DNA of 41,347 nucleotides from Anaerolineales bacterium (GCA_035471605.1 DATIPW010000057.1:1-41347); one strand, 5' to 3'. Counted from the stretch's first letter, positions 17,735 through 27,230 are shown. Notes: generated from the sequence alone by a model not told the origin. A program made the numbers and translations.

Positions 17735-18202
17735 ATGCCAATGAGCAGCAAGACGAACATCGCCACGCTCCACCATGAGCAAGGCTACGGCTGCGCTCAG
17801 CCCGTGCTGGCGGCGTTCGCGGGGGATTATGTCTCGAGTGAAGAGCAAGCCCTCAAACCTGCCACGGGATTCGGATCAGGCATGGGGGGGCTGTGCGAGG
17901 TGTGGGGAGCTCTGACGAGCGCCTTCCGGGTGCCCAGGTCGAAATACGGCCGTGCAGAATGCGATGGCACGAACTACCGTACAAAGACCGAAACCCCGTA
18001 TACCCCCATCCATGCCTTTGCAAGCCGCTTCAAGGAGCGCAACTTCGGCATCTACTGCGGGGTACTGGCCGGACCCGACCTCAACAACCCCGAGCAACGC
18101 GAGAGGGCGAAGCGGGAGGGCGTCCTTGCCACAACCTGCAGCCAGTGCGTTCAGGATGTCACCGAGTTGGTTGCGGAACTGCTCGAGGTAGAGACGCCAT
18201 GA
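17735..18202 (+). CDS. C_GCAxxG_C_C family protein (putative redox-active small protein)
   Basis: HHEQGYGCAQPVLAAFAG....GFGSGMGGLCEVWGALTSA....FGIYCGVL....TTCSQCVQDV matches the family order of conserved Cys blocks. The central CGA block is altered to CEVWGA. Confidence 0.55.
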   Translation: MPMSSKTNIATLHHEQGYGCAQPVLAAFAGDYVSSEEQALKPATGFGSGMGGLCEVWGALTSAFRVPRSKYGRAECDGTNYRTKTETPYTPIHAFASRFKERNFGIYCGVLAGPDLNNPEQRERAKREGVLATTCSQCVQDVTELVAELLEVETP

Positions 18203-18885
18203 GCTTGGACCCCGAGGACATTGCGGCCATGATCGACCTGTCCTGCGTGCGGACAACCTCGAGCCGCGAGGACATCGACCGGATGGTTGAGGCGGCGGCA
18301 CGCTACCACTTTGGACACGTTTCCGTCCTGCAGTGCTTCATCCCCTACACGCGGGATTTGTTGAAGGACGCGCCCGGCGTGGAACTGGTCGGGAATGTCA
18401 GCTTCCCCTCGGGCTCTGACTCCACATCGATCAAGGTTGCACAGGCCAGGGAGATGCTCGCGTCCGGTTGTCACGAGATCGACATGGTGATGAACATAGC
18501 CAGACTGCGCTCCGGCGAAGTCGCCGAGGCGGAATCCGATGTTTGCCAAGTGATCGAGGCCGTGCGTCCAACGCCTGTAAAGGTAATCATCGAAATGATG
18601 GTCCTGACGCCGGAAGAGGTCGCGACGGCATGCAACATCTCCGTTCGCGCCGGGGCTTCATTCGTCAAGACGGGCACAGGTTGGGCTGAGCGCGGCACGA
18701 CGCTCGAGGACGTGCGGCTCGTCAAGTCGATCGTGGGCGACAGCATCAAGATCAAGGCCTCAGGCGGCATACGACGGCTCGACACCCTGATCGCGATGTA
18801 CCAAGCCGGCGCGCGCCGCTTTGGCGTCAACCTTGGGAGCGGAATCCAGATTGTTGAGGAAGCCCGTGCGCTGCAGGCAGGCTGA
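18199..18885 (+). CDS. deoC: Deoxyribose-phosphate aldolase family (DeoC-like class I aldolase)
   Basis: HEIDMVMN, VKVIIE, ASFVKTGTGW (Schiff-base Lys block) and IKASGGIR. ATGA overlap with the preceding gene at 18199..18202. The upstream part of track ORF 17893.. is discarded. Confidence 0.85.
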   Translation: MSLDPEDIAAMIDLSCVRTTSSREDIDRMVEAAARYHFGHVSVLQCFIPYTRDLLKDAPGVELVGNVSFPSGSDSTSIKVAQAREMLASGCHEIDMVMNIARLRSGEVAEAESDVCQVIEAVRPTPVKVIIEMMVLTPEEVATACNISVRAGASFVKTGTGWAERGTTLEDVRLVKSIVGDSIKIKASGGIRRLDTLIAMYQAGARRFGVNLGSGIQIVEEARALQAG

Positions 18886-18894
18886 GGCAATGCA

Positions 18895-20433
18895 ATGAAC
18901 GAGAAGATCATTTCGTTTGACCTGGGAACCGGCGGTAACAAGGCTTCCCTCTATGATGCGGCGGGCAACTGCCTCGCCAGTGCGTTTGTCCCCTACCCCA
19001 CCACGTATCCGCAGGTCGGCTGGCACGAGCAGCGCCCGGAGAACTGGTGGAATGCGGTTGTTGACAGTGCTTCCCAACTGATTGCATCAAGCGGAGTCAA
19101 CAAGAACGAGGTGGTGTGCCTGGGAATCTCGGGACACAGCCTTGGGGCCGTACCCATCGACGCAAGCGGCAATGTCCTGCGCGACGCCACGCCCATATGG
19201 TCCGACGTGCGCGCCGAAGCCGAGGCCCACGACTTTTTCACTAGGGTCGATCCCGCCACCTGGTACATGACCACCGGCAACGGGTTCCCGGCCGCGCTCT
19301 ACACGGTCTTCAAGGTCATGTGGTACCGGCGACACGAGCCGGCCATGTTCCGCAAGGTGCATCGGATCCTTGGCACGAAGGATTACATCAACTTCCGCCT
19401 CACGGGTCAGATCAAAACCGACTTCTCGTATGCGTCGGGGACAGGGGTGTACGACCTTCAAGCCGGGCAATACAGCGCTGCGTTCATGAGGGCCAGTGGC
19501 CTGCCCGAGGACTTTTGGCCCGAGATTGTGCCCTCGAGCGAGGTGCTCGGCGAGCTGACGCCCGAGGTGGCCGACCGGATGGGCCTGGGAAGAAGCGTAC
19601 GCGTGGTGTGCGGCGGCGTTGACAACTCGTGCATGGCGTTGGGGGCCGGCAACATCCGCGACGGCCGGGTCTACACGTCGCTCGGCTCGGCAGCCTGGAT
19701 CGCGGTCTCATCTGAGAAGCCCGTGCTGGACGAAAAGTACCGGCCCTTTGTATTCACACACGTCATCCCGAAGATGTTTACGTCCGCGGTGAGCATCTTT
19801 TCTGCAGGTACCTCTTTTACGTGGGTCAGGGACAACCTGTGCGAGGGTCTTGCAGGACGTGCCGTGCAGGAGGACAGGGACGCGTACGTACTGATGAACG
19901 AGGTGGCCGCGCAGGCGCCCGCCGGCTCCCGCAAACTGCTGTTCAATCCCAGCCTGGCAGGCGGAACCTCGCAGGATCCCAGCCCGCATATCCGCGGCGG
20001 CTACATCGGCTTGGACCTGAAGCACGGAAAGCCGGAGCTCATCCGCTCGGCGATGGAGGGCATCGCCATGAATCTACGTCTGAGGCTTGATCTGCTCCGT
20101 AAATACACGCCCCTCGAAGACCAAATCCTGTTCGTCGGCGGCGGCGCGAAGAGCCGCTTCTACCTGCAGATTTTCGCGGACGCCTTCAACGCGCGCATCC
20201 GGAAGACGAACATCGACCAGGATGCTGGAGCCCTCGGCGCGGCCGCCATTGCGGCAGTGGGATGCGGGCTCTGGAACGGCTACGAGAAGATCGACGAGAT
20301 CCATCACACAGAGGAGGTCGTGGAGCCCAATCCGGAGAACAACGCCAAATACGAGAAGCTCCTCCCCATCTTTGAGCTTGCAGCGAAGTTGCAGTCGGAG
20401 ATTGGCGATGCCCTGCAGTCCGTAGACATATAG
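18895..20433 (+). CDS. FGGY-family carbohydrate kinase (xylulokinase-like), copy 2
   Basis: IISFDLGTGGNKASLY, GGVDNSCMALGAG and FVGGGAKS, 512 aa. It is the last gene of the 12-gene operon. Confidence 0.9.
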   Translation: MNEKIISFDLGTGGNKASLYDAAGNCLASAFVPYPTTYPQVGWHEQRPENWWNAVVDSASQLIASSGVNKNEVVCLGISGHSLGAVPIDASGNVLRDATPIWSDVRAEAEAHDFFTRVDPATWYMTTGNGFPAALYTVFKVMWYRRHEPAMFRKVHRILGTKDYINFRLTGQIKTDFSYASGTGVYDLQAGQYSAAFMRASGLPEDFWPEIVPSSEVLGELTPEVADRMGLGRSVRVVCGGVDNSCMALGAGNIRDGRVYTSLGSAAWIAVSSEKPVLDEKYRPFVFTHVIPKMFTSAVSIFSAGTSFTWVRDNLCEGLAGRAVQEDRDAYVLMNEVAAQAPAGSRKLLFNPSLAGGTSQDPSPHIRGGYIGLDLKHGKPELIRSAMEGIAMNLRLRLDLLRKYTPLEDQILFVGGGAKSRFYLQIFADAFNARIRKTNIDQDAGALGAAAIAAVGCGLWNGYEKIDEIHHTEEVVEPNPENNAKYEKLLPIFELAAKLQSEIGDALQSVDI

Positions 20434-20475
20434 CGGCGCCTGTGGCCGATTGGGTCCGCCAGACCACATTGCTCA

Positions 20476-20527
20476 TTGACACAACTGCAGAAGATGAGTA
20501 CAATCACTTGTAATTACAGGATTACAG
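20476..20527 (+). promoter_or_regulatory. Consensus sigma70-type promoter plus palindromic operator (op2) for the 20744..26659 operon
   Basis: TTGACA (20476..20481), exactly 17 nt, TACAAT (20499..20504), cac, then TTGTAAT-TACAGG-ATTACAG (20508..20527). The architecture matches 8952..9003. Confidence 0.65.
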
Positions 20528-20743
20528 CCGGCGACGCCAACGCCATAGCGGTCGAAACCTGCTCCATCATCTTCCAGCAATCCCCTTTAGCGGTTCGCTT
20601 CTCCCACAATTCGTCCTCTGTGCCTGATGCACCGCCACGCACCCGGGCGCGCATCGCGGCCCCGCCTACATGTGGAAGGAGTCCTATCGATTGGGACCAG
20701 TGACCCGCGCAGCCAGGACAGCAATAGCCGAAAGGATTGCACA

Positions 20744-21715
20744 ATGAAGATAGGTCTGTTCACAGCCACTTTTCTTGATATGAAGATCGACGAGGTGTTC
20801 AGACTGGCCGCCGGCTTGGGGTACGAGGCCGTCGAAATGCCTGCATTTGCCAACAACGGGCAGCTCGACATTGAAGCGATCGTCAAGGGCAACGCCGCGG
20901 CTGATCTGAAGAACCAGGTCAAGTCGCACGGCCTTATTATCTCCGCCTTGGCCAATCACCCGGAGGGACAGATCGTACTGGGCCCGTATGGCAAGGACAC
21001 CGACGCCATTTGCCAGGGCACCAAGGAGGAGAAGATCAAGTTCGGCACGGAACGCATGATCAAGACGGCGGCGGCCGCCAATGCGCTTGAAGTACCCGTG
21101 GTTACCGGCTTTATCGGTTGCGAGAATTTTGGCCGCTTCTTTCCCTGGCCCTATTCCCAGGGCTGGTCTGACATGGAACAGGAGTTTGTCGAGCGCTGGG
21201 GAAAGATCCTCGACAAATTTGCCGAGTACGGCGTGAAGTTCGCCCACGAGCCGCATCCGAGTGAACTGGCGTACAACGTCGAGACGGCACAGCGAGCGGT
21301 GGAGCTGATGGGTGGTCGCAAGGAGTTCGGCTTCAATTTCGATCCCGCCAACCTGATCTACATGGGCATCGACGTGGAGAACTTCATCGACGCGCTGGCG
21401 CCACATATCTATCACGTGCATGCCAAGGACGGCGAGATCGTGGCCCACAACGTTCGACGTTCGGGCCTCATTCCGCAGGGCGACTGGCAGCGCCTGGGTC
21501 GCGGCTTCCGCTTCCGCATCCCTGGTTGGGGATCCGTGCCGTGGAAGAAGGTCATCACCGAACTCTCTCTGATCGGGTACGACTACGTCATGTCTTATGA
21601 GCATGAGGATGTCACCATGAGCCGGCATGACGGCATCACCAAGACGATTGCCTACCTCAAGCCGCTGCTCATCGAGAAGCCGTACGAAGGCCGCCACGAC
21701 GTGCTGTTCAACTGA
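20744..21715 (+). CDS. Sugar phosphate isomerase/epimerase family protein (xylose-isomerase-like TIM barrel)
   Basis: MKIGLFTATF..., FAHEPHP, FNFDPANL, YHVHAKDGE and MSYEHED blocks. It is a paralog of 25745..26659. Start at ATG 20744. The upstream part of the track ORF lies in the leader. Confidence 0.85.
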   Translation: MKIGLFTATFLDMKIDEVFRLAAGLGYEAVEMPAFANNGQLDIEAIVKGNAAADLKNQVKSHGLIISALANHPEGQIVLGPYGKDTDAICQGTKEEKIKFGTERMIKTAAAANALEVPVVTGFIGCENFGRFFPWPYSQGWSDMEQEFVERWGKILDKFAEYGVKFAHEPHPSELAYNVETAQRAVELMGGRKEFGFNFDPANLIYMGIDVENFIDALAPHIYHVHAKDGEIVAHNVRRSGLIPQGDWQRLGRGFRFRIPGWGSVPWKKVITELSLIGYDYVMSYEHEDVTMSRHDGITKTIAYLKPLLIEKPYEGRHDVLFN

Positions 21716-21739
21716 GGAGACCAGCGAGGAGTCTATGCG

Positions 21740-22798
21740 ATGACACAAACCATGAAAGCAGCGGTGTTCGAAGCGCCCAAGAAGGTCGTGATCAAGCAGG
21801 TGCCGGTACCCGAGATTGGTCCGGCCGACGTGCTGATCAAGGTCAAATACACGGGCATTTGCGGCACGGACTGGAGCATTTACAACGGCTGGTACGCTGC
21901 CGAAAAGCTGCCGATGATCCCGGGTCACGAGTTCTCAGGTGTAATTGCCAAGATCGACAGGAACACACGCGGCTTGAAAGAGGGCGACCGCGTCACGGCA
22001 GACATCAACATGAGTTGCGGCACGTGCTTCTACTGCATGCACGGGCAGCAGCTCCTGTGCGACCAGTTCACACAGCTCGGCATTCACACGGACGGCACCT
22101 TCGCCGAGTTTGTCAGGGCGCCGATCGCCAACGTTCACAAGCTGCCGGATAACCTGAGCTTCGAGGAAGGAGCCTTCATCGAGCCCGTATCCTGCGTGAT
22201 CCACGCTGCCAAGGCCATGGACCCGGCACTCGGCAGCAGCGTAGCCATCATTGGCTGCGGCCTCGGGGTGCTGCACGGCGCCCTCGCCAAGCTCAAGGCC
22301 TGCGCCCCGGTGATCGTCATCGGCGACAATCGAAAGCGGCTTCAGCTGGCGAAGGACATGGGCGCCGATCACATCATCCACATCGACGACGTGAAGGACG
22401 TCGTCGCAGAGGTTCGCAAGCTAACCGAAGGTCGCGGCGCGGACTACGTGCTCGAGGCGGTCGGCAGCATCAAGACCTACGAGCAGGCGTTTGCCATGAT
22501 GCGCAAAGGCGGCGTGCTCTCCTCCTTCGGCATCGTCGGCGACCAGGATGTGATGCAAATCCGGCCTTTCGAGTTCGTCCTGGGCGAAAAGAAGATCACG
22601 GGATCGTGCGCGGGCATCGGCAGCGACTGGCCGGATGCTATCACGCTCATCGCCAACGGCCGCATTGATCCCAAGCCGCTGTTCTCAATGCGCGTACCCC
22701 TCGAAGACCTTGAATGGGCGCTGCATGAGCTACGCAAGGATCCCAGTCTGTTCAAGGTGTTCGTCTCGCCGGAGATCAGCAAGCGCGAGGTCATCTAG
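21740..22798 (+). CDS. Zn-dependent medium-chain alcohol/polyol dehydrogenase, copy 2
   Basis: CGTDWSIYNG...GHEFSG, CGTCFYCMHGQQLLC and IIGCGLGV. Confidence 0.9.
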   Translation: MTQTMKAAVFEAPKKVVIKQVPVPEIGPADVLIKVKYTGICGTDWSIYNGWYAAEKLPMIPGHEFSGVIAKIDRNTRGLKEGDRVTADINMSCGTCFYCMHGQQLLCDQFTQLGIHTDGTFAEFVRAPIANVHKLPDNLSFEEGAFIEPVSCVIHAAKAMDPALGSSVAIIGCGLGVLHGALAKLKACAPVIVIGDNRKRLQLAKDMGADHIIHIDDVKDVVAEVRKLTEGRGADYVLEAVGSIKTYEQAFAMMRKGGVLSSFGIVGDQDVMQIRPFEFVLGEKKITGSCAGIGSDWPDAITLIANGRIDPKPLFSMRVPLEDLEWALHELRKDPSLFKVFVSPEISKREVI

Positions 22799-22831
22799 CC
22801 TGGTCGCACGCGGGCGACACATGCCGGCTGC

Positions 22832-23245
22832 GTGTCCTGCTGGCGGAGCAACGCACTGAAGATCAACGGCATCGACCACGTATCCATCAACTTGACCGAC
22901 GCGGCCCGGTCCTTTCACTTCTACGCAGCCGTGCTTGGGCTGGAACGCCTCGAGACAGTGGACTGCGGCGATTTCGAGATCACGTACTTCGGCCTACCGA
23001 GCGGGGGCCGGCTCGAGCTCTTCGACTATCGCGGCCGCAACGCCGTTCGGCGGCGCCAGGAAAGCGATGTTGGGCTGCGCCACATCGCGTTCGAGGTGGA
23101 AGATGTCGCGGCGCACGAGGCGCGGCTCCGACAGGCCGGCGTCAAGATCACCCTGCCCACGACCGAATTCCCGAACCTGGGCGTGAGGGTGCTGCTCTTC
23201 GAGGACCCCAACGGCGTGACACTCGAGTTTTGTGAACGGCTGTAG
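22832..23245 (+). CDS. VOC (glyoxalase/bleomycin-resistance/dioxygenase) family protein
   Basis: IDHVSINLTDAARSFHFYAAVLGLE....LRHIAFEVEDV....FEDPNGVTLEF is the typical paired beta-alpha-beta-beta-beta VOC signature. The start (GTG 22832) is uncertain. Confidence 0.75.
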   Translation: MSCWRSNALKINGIDHVSINLTDAARSFHFYAAVLGLERLETVDCGDFEITYFGLPSGGRLELFDYRGRNAVRRRQESDVGLRHIAFEVEDVAAHEARLRQAGVKITLPTTEFPNLGVRVLLFEDPNGVTLEFCERL

Positions 23246-23311
23246 CGAGCTCACGCAGGAGCAAGGCCGAACGTACCGAACAGCATGACCCATTCCAGGA
23301 GGAAGCACAAG

Positions 23312-24553
23312 ATGGACCATCGAGAAATCTTGCTGGCACCGATCCAGATCGGCACGCGGACATGCGTGAATCGCTTCTTCAGCCAGCCAATGGAGTGCAG
23401 TGACGCCGATCCGCAGGGGAATCCGACCGACATCACGCTGGAGCGCTACGAGAACCTCTTCCGGGGCGAGGCGGGGCTGGTAAGCCTGGAGGCCATCACC
23501 ATAACGGATAAGAACCGCTCGCGCATGGATCAGCTCTTCATCATGCCTCAGAACCTGCCCGCGCTCACGAAGTTCGTCGAGCGCCTGCGGCAGGTTAACC
23601 CAAAGACGCTTTTCATCTACCAGCTGACTCATTCGGGTGAGCTCAGCAACCCGGAGTTCTCCAAGCGGCTTTCGGTGAAGCCGCTGCCGGGCTTTCAGGC
23701 GCAGGTCTTCACCGAGGACGAGTTTGAGAAGATCATGGACGACTTCGTCTTGGCCGCCAAGATCACGTATGACTCGGGTGCGGACGGCATCGACATGAAG
23801 TTCTGCCACGGCTACCTAGGTTCGCAGATCCTGCGGCCGTACAACACACGTAAGTGGAAATACGGCGGCAAGTGGGAGAACCGGCGGCAGTTCGCCTTCG
23901 ACCTGTATGAACGCATCCGCAGGCAGATCCCCGACAAGAGCTTCCTGATCGGCTCGAAGATTTCTATGTGGGAGGGCTTTCCCGGAGGCTTCGGCACGGC
24001 AGGACCGGACACGCCGGTCATCGACCTGACGGAAGCCATCGATCTAGTAAAGGGCCTGGAAGAGCGCGGCGCTCAGTACTTCATCCAGTCTGCGGGCAGC
24101 CCGTCCATAACGATCAGCCTGACGCAGGCCGACAAGGAACATCCCTACTTCGCCTACCTGCACCAGTACTTCGCCAAGGTGCTCAAGGAAAACGCCCGCA
24201 AGGAGACAGTGATCATCGGCTCCAACTACTCGCTCTTTGGCAAGGGTTTCAACAAGCTGCAGGCGGTGACGCGCGAGAGCAGCTCTCTGCTGAACTTCGG
24301 CGCGCAGAATATCCAGAAGGGCTACGTGGATATGATTGGGCTCGGCAGGCAATCCCTGGCTGACCCGCTGCTGCCGCTGAAAGTCCGCGAAGGCCGTGAG
24401 GCAGACATCAACTACTGCACTGCAGACGATCACTGCCTGGAGTTGCTGATTCGGCAGCGGAAGGTGGGTTGTTGCACCTACAACAAGCGTTACACGCAGA
24501 TCCTAGTTGAGACCCGCGAAGAACTCGGCGCCCTCAAGGACATGCACACCTAG
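23312..24553 (+). CDS. NADH:flavin oxidoreductase, Old Yellow Enzyme family
   Basis: [48 protein letters not shown] matches the OYE HGYL...R.D.YGGS.ENR.RF block. ATG 23312 is preceded by AGGAGG. The track start 23285 is less likely. Confidence 0.8.
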   Translation: MDHREILLAPIQIGTRTCVNRFFSQPMECSDADPQGNPTDITLERYENLFRGEAGLVSLEAITITDKNRSRMDQLFIMPQNLPALTKFVERLRQVNPKTLFIYQLTHSGELSNPEFSKRLSVKPLPGFQAQVFTEDEFEKIMDDFVLAAKITYDSGADGIDMKFCHGYLGSQILRPYNTRKWKYGGKWENRRQFAFDLYERIRRQIPDKSFLIGSKISMWEGFPGGFGTAGPDTPVIDLTEAIDLVKGLEERGAQYFIQSAGSPSITISLTQADKEHPYFAYLHQYFAKVLKENARKETVIIGSNYSLFGKGFNKLQAVTRESSSLLNFGAQNIQKGYVDMIGLGRQSLADPLLPLKVREGREADINYCTADDHCLELLIRQRKVGCCTYNKRYTQILVETREELGALKDMHT

Positions 24554-24567
24554 CCAGAGAGGCTCGC

Positions 24568-25734
24568 ATGACAAGAAACCTGACCAAGCACACCATCGGC
24601 GTGGGCGTGGCCGGGACCGGCTTCATCGGCCCGGCGCACGTGGAAGCCTTGCGGCGCAACGGCATCACCGTGGCGGCACTGGCCGAAGCAACCATGGAAA
24701 AGGCGGAACAGAAGGCGGCCGAACTTGGCATCCCGCGCTGGTACGCGTCGCTGGAGGAACTTCTGGCAGATCCGGCCATCCAGGTGGTGCACTTGGCGAC
24801 GCCCAATCACCTGCATTTCGCGCAGGCCAAGGCTGCGCTGCTGGCCGGCAAGCATGTGATCTGCGAAAAACCGCTTTCGCTTACCAGCAAGGAATCTGGA
24901 GAGCTGACCACTCTCGCCGCCGAGAAGAAGCTCGTCAACGTCGTGAACTTCAACATCCGCATGTACCCCATGGCGCAGCAGGCGCGCGCCGCGGTGCAGG
25001 GGGGCGAAATCGGCGACCTATTCATTGTCCAGGGCTCCTACCTGCAGGACTGGCTGCTTTTCCCCACCGACTGGAACTGGCGTCTCGAGCCGGGTCTGGG
25101 CGGCAATCTGCGCGCGGTTGGCGATATCGGCTCGCATTGGCTCGATCTGATCACGTTCATCACCGAGGCGCAGGTGGACGAGGTCTACGCTGATTTCCGC
25201 ACCTTCATCCCCAGTCGCAAGAAACCAAAGCAAGAAGTGGAAACCTACACCGGCAAGATGCTGCAGGCCACCGACTACGTGGACCAGCCCATCCAGACTG
25301 AGGACTATGCCAGCGTTCTACTGCACTACCAGAATGGGGCGCGCGGCGTGCTGGTAGTCTCACAGGTTTCGGCGGGCCGGAAGAACCGCCTCTTCTACGA
25401 AATCAGCGGATCGAAGTCGTCCATCGCGTGGGATTCGGAACGCCCCAACGAGTTGTGGCTGGGCCGACGGACAGCGCCGAACCAGATGCTGCTGAAGGAC
25501 CCGGCGCTCCTCAGCCCGCAGGCACGGCTCGTGAGCTCCTACCCCGGCGGCCACAACGAGGGTTTCCCCGATACTTTCAAGCAGCTGTACGCCAAGGTGT
25601 ACGACTACATCCTTGCAGGTGATTACAACAGCAGGCCCGATTTCCCCACTTTTGCGGACGGGCACTACGAGATGCGGCTCTGCGAGGCCATCCAGCGCAG
25701 CGCGACGGAGAAGGCGTGGGTGAAGGTGGACTGA
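24568..25734 (+). CDS. Gfo/Idh/MocA family oxidoreductase
   Basis: [19 protein letters not shown] Rossmann fold and HVICEKPLS motif. Same length class as 6495..7658. Confidence 0.9.
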   Translation: MTRNLTKHTIGVGVAGTGFIGPAHVEALRRNGITVAALAEATMEKAEQKAAELGIPRWYASLEELLADPAIQVVHLATPNHLHFAQAKAALLAGKHVICEKPLSLTSKESGELTTLAAEKKLVNVVNFNIRMYPMAQQARAAVQGGEIGDLFIVQGSYLQDWLLFPTDWNWRLEPGLGGNLRAVGDIGSHWLDLITFITEAQVDEVYADFRTFIPSRKKPKQEVETYTGKMLQATDYVDQPIQTEDYASVLLHYQNGARGVLVVSQVSAGRKNRLFYEISGSKSSIAWDSERPNELWLGRRTAPNQMLLKDPALLSPQARLVSSYPGGHNEGFPDTFKQLYAKVYDYILAGDYNSRPDFPTFADGHYEMRLCEAIQRSATEKAWVKVD

Positions 25735-25744
25735 GGAGGATCAA

Positions 25745-26659
25745 ATGAAACTCGGATTCCTGACCGCGGCTCTGCCGGACAGCACGCTGGAGCAGGCCGC
25801 CCAGTGGGGCGCAGAAAGCGGCTTCCAGGCCATCGAGATCGCGTGCTGGCCGCACGAGAAGGCGGCCCGGCGCTACGCAGGCGTGACTCACATCGATGCA
25901 GCGCAACTCGACAGGCCGAAAGCGAAAGAGATCCGCAGTATGCTGGACGGCATTGGCCTGCAGATCTCCTCGCTGGCGTACTATCCTAACCCCCTCCACC
26001 CGGAGCCGGAACACCGGCAAACCGTCATCCGCCATCTGATGAAAGTGATTGAGGCCGCGGCGCTCCTGGAGGTACCTATGGTGGGCACCTTCATCGGCAA
26101 GAATAAGGACAAGACGGTGCCTGCGAACTTCGAGGACTATGTCAAGGTGTGGCCACCGATCGTGACCTTTGCCCGAGACCGCGGGGTGAAGATCGCTATT
26201 GAGAACTGCCCCATGCTCTTTTCCTATGACGAGTGGCCGGGTGGGCACAACCTTGCCAGCACCCCGGCGATCTGGCGCAAGATGTGGGAGCTCATCCCGG
26301 ATGACAACTTCGGGCTCAATCTGGACCCCTCGCACCTCATTCTGCAGATGATCGACTACGAACGCGTGGTGCGCGAATTCGGCGCAAAGATCTTCCACGT
26401 GCACGCCAAGGACATGCATATCGACCACGAGGGGCTGTACAACCACGGCGCGTTGGCCCAAGGCATGGGCTGGCAGGTGCCGCGGCTGCCCGGGCTCGGG
26501 GACGTCGACTGGGGCAACTTCATCGCGGCGCTGATGGCCGCTCAATACGACTACGTGATCAGCATCGAGCACGAGGACCGCAATTTCGAGGGTAGCGAGG
26601 AATTGGTCAAGCGCGGCTTCTACGTCTCGCGCGACGTGCTCAAGCCGTACATCCACTAG
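25745..26659 (+). CDS. Sugar phosphate isomerase/epimerase family protein (xylose-isomerase-like TIM barrel)
   Basis: AIENCP, LNLDPSHL, FHVHAKDMH and ISIEHED blocks. SD GAGGAGGA. It lies directly downstream of the Gfo/Idh/MocA gene. Confidence 0.85.
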   Translation: MKLGFLTAALPDSTLEQAAQWGAESGFQAIEIACWPHEKAARRYAGVTHIDAAQLDRPKAKEIRSMLDGIGLQISSLAYYPNPLHPEPEHRQTVIRHLMKVIEAAALLEVPMVGTFIGKNKDKTVPANFEDYVKVWPPIVTFARDRGVKIAIENCPMLFSYDEWPGGHNLASTPAIWRKMWELIPDDNFGLNLDPSHLILQMIDYERVVREFGAKIFHVHAKDMHIDHEGLYNHGALAQGMGWQVPRLPGLGDVDWGNFIAALMAAQYDYVISIEHEDRNFEGSEELVKRGFYVSRDVLKPYIH

Positions 26660-26661
26660 AG

Positions 26662-27109
26662 CCCCGACGCCCCTCCCTGGCTAGACGGCGCGATCTGGGC
26701 AGGGAAATCAGAGTTGGCGCCACCGGACCCTCCGCAGAAAGCTGAACAGCAACTCGGGAGGGCGATCGGGGTCGATTCTGTATTCGTTCCGCGGAGCCAA
26801 TCAGGAACTAGTGGGATGCTCGGGAGGAGGGCATGAGGGGCCGGGCTCGGGAATGCTGCTGGAACACTGATACTTAAACAGGGTGTCTATCCCAGAGTGG
26901 TCCAAGAGCGATTGAGACATGCCAGTGTCTTGTTGCCGCTGGGGACCTGCTCCCGGATTGTGCCCGATATTCGGGAGGAAAGGGCTGATAGGCTCGACCG
27001 GTTGTTTGCGAAAGAGCAGGAGGCGGATAGTGCTGAACGTGTCCTGGACGATGATTCCTCGTGCCGAACCCTAGTCGAAAGCACGTCTGAACGACTCTGG
27101 TTGCCGTAG
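26662..27109 (+). pseudogene. Decayed 3' fragment of a tyrosine recombinase (phage-type integrase) gene
   Basis: Frame 26837..27109 reads GLGNAAGTLILKQGVYPRVVQERLRHASVLLPLGTCSRIVPDIREERADRLDRLF. This resembles the integrase C-terminus (RHTAATLLL..GV.PKVVQERLGH....TLDTYSH). The Arg/His box is lost (GLGN) and the catalytic Tyr is replaced (TCSR). Upstream frames are broken by stops and the N-terminal half is absent. Confidence 0.55.
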
Positions 27110-27127
27110 GGGTGCTGTAGTAGAGAG
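27094..27127. repeat. Direct repeat copy 1 (overlaps the integrase-remnant stop codon)
   Basis: ACTCTGGTTGCcGTAGGGgTGCTGTAG(tag)AGAG. It matches 27349..27379 with 2 mismatches and one 3-nt indel. Confidence 0.6.
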
Positions 27128-27152
27128 GACCTCCACACTCGGGAGGTCCTCT
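27124..27152 (+). terminator. Hairpin terminator after the integrase remnant
   Basis: AGAGGACCTCC (27124..27134), 7-nt loop, GGAGGTCCTCT (27142..27152). This is a perfect 11-bp stem followed by TTGT, a short T tract. Confidence 0.45.
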
Positions 27153-27198
27153 TTGTACCCAAGTATGGGTTTGAACGAGGCCAGAAACCGAAAGTCTA

Positions 27199-27230
27199 GG
27201 TGACCGACCAGGGACTTGAACCCTGAACCC
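27199..27230 (-). other. tRNA 3'-end fragment (T-arm plus acceptor 3' strand), putative att-site remnant
   Basis: The minus strand reads CAGGG-TTCAAGT-CCCTG-GTCGGTC-A-CC. That is a canonical T stem-loop (GGTTCAAGTCC) plus 7 nt and a discriminator. No matching 5' acceptor, D-arm or anticodon arm can be folded from the flanking sequence. Confidence 0.4.

Noticed and set aside
26753-27146. (C/T)TCGGGAGG recurs four times (26753, 26819, 26970, 27138)
   Set aside because: One copy is simply an arm of the terminator hairpin. The others sit in purine-rich decayed integrase coding sequence. Spacing is irregular and the flanks are not shared. They could be arm-type sites, but the evidence is insufficient.
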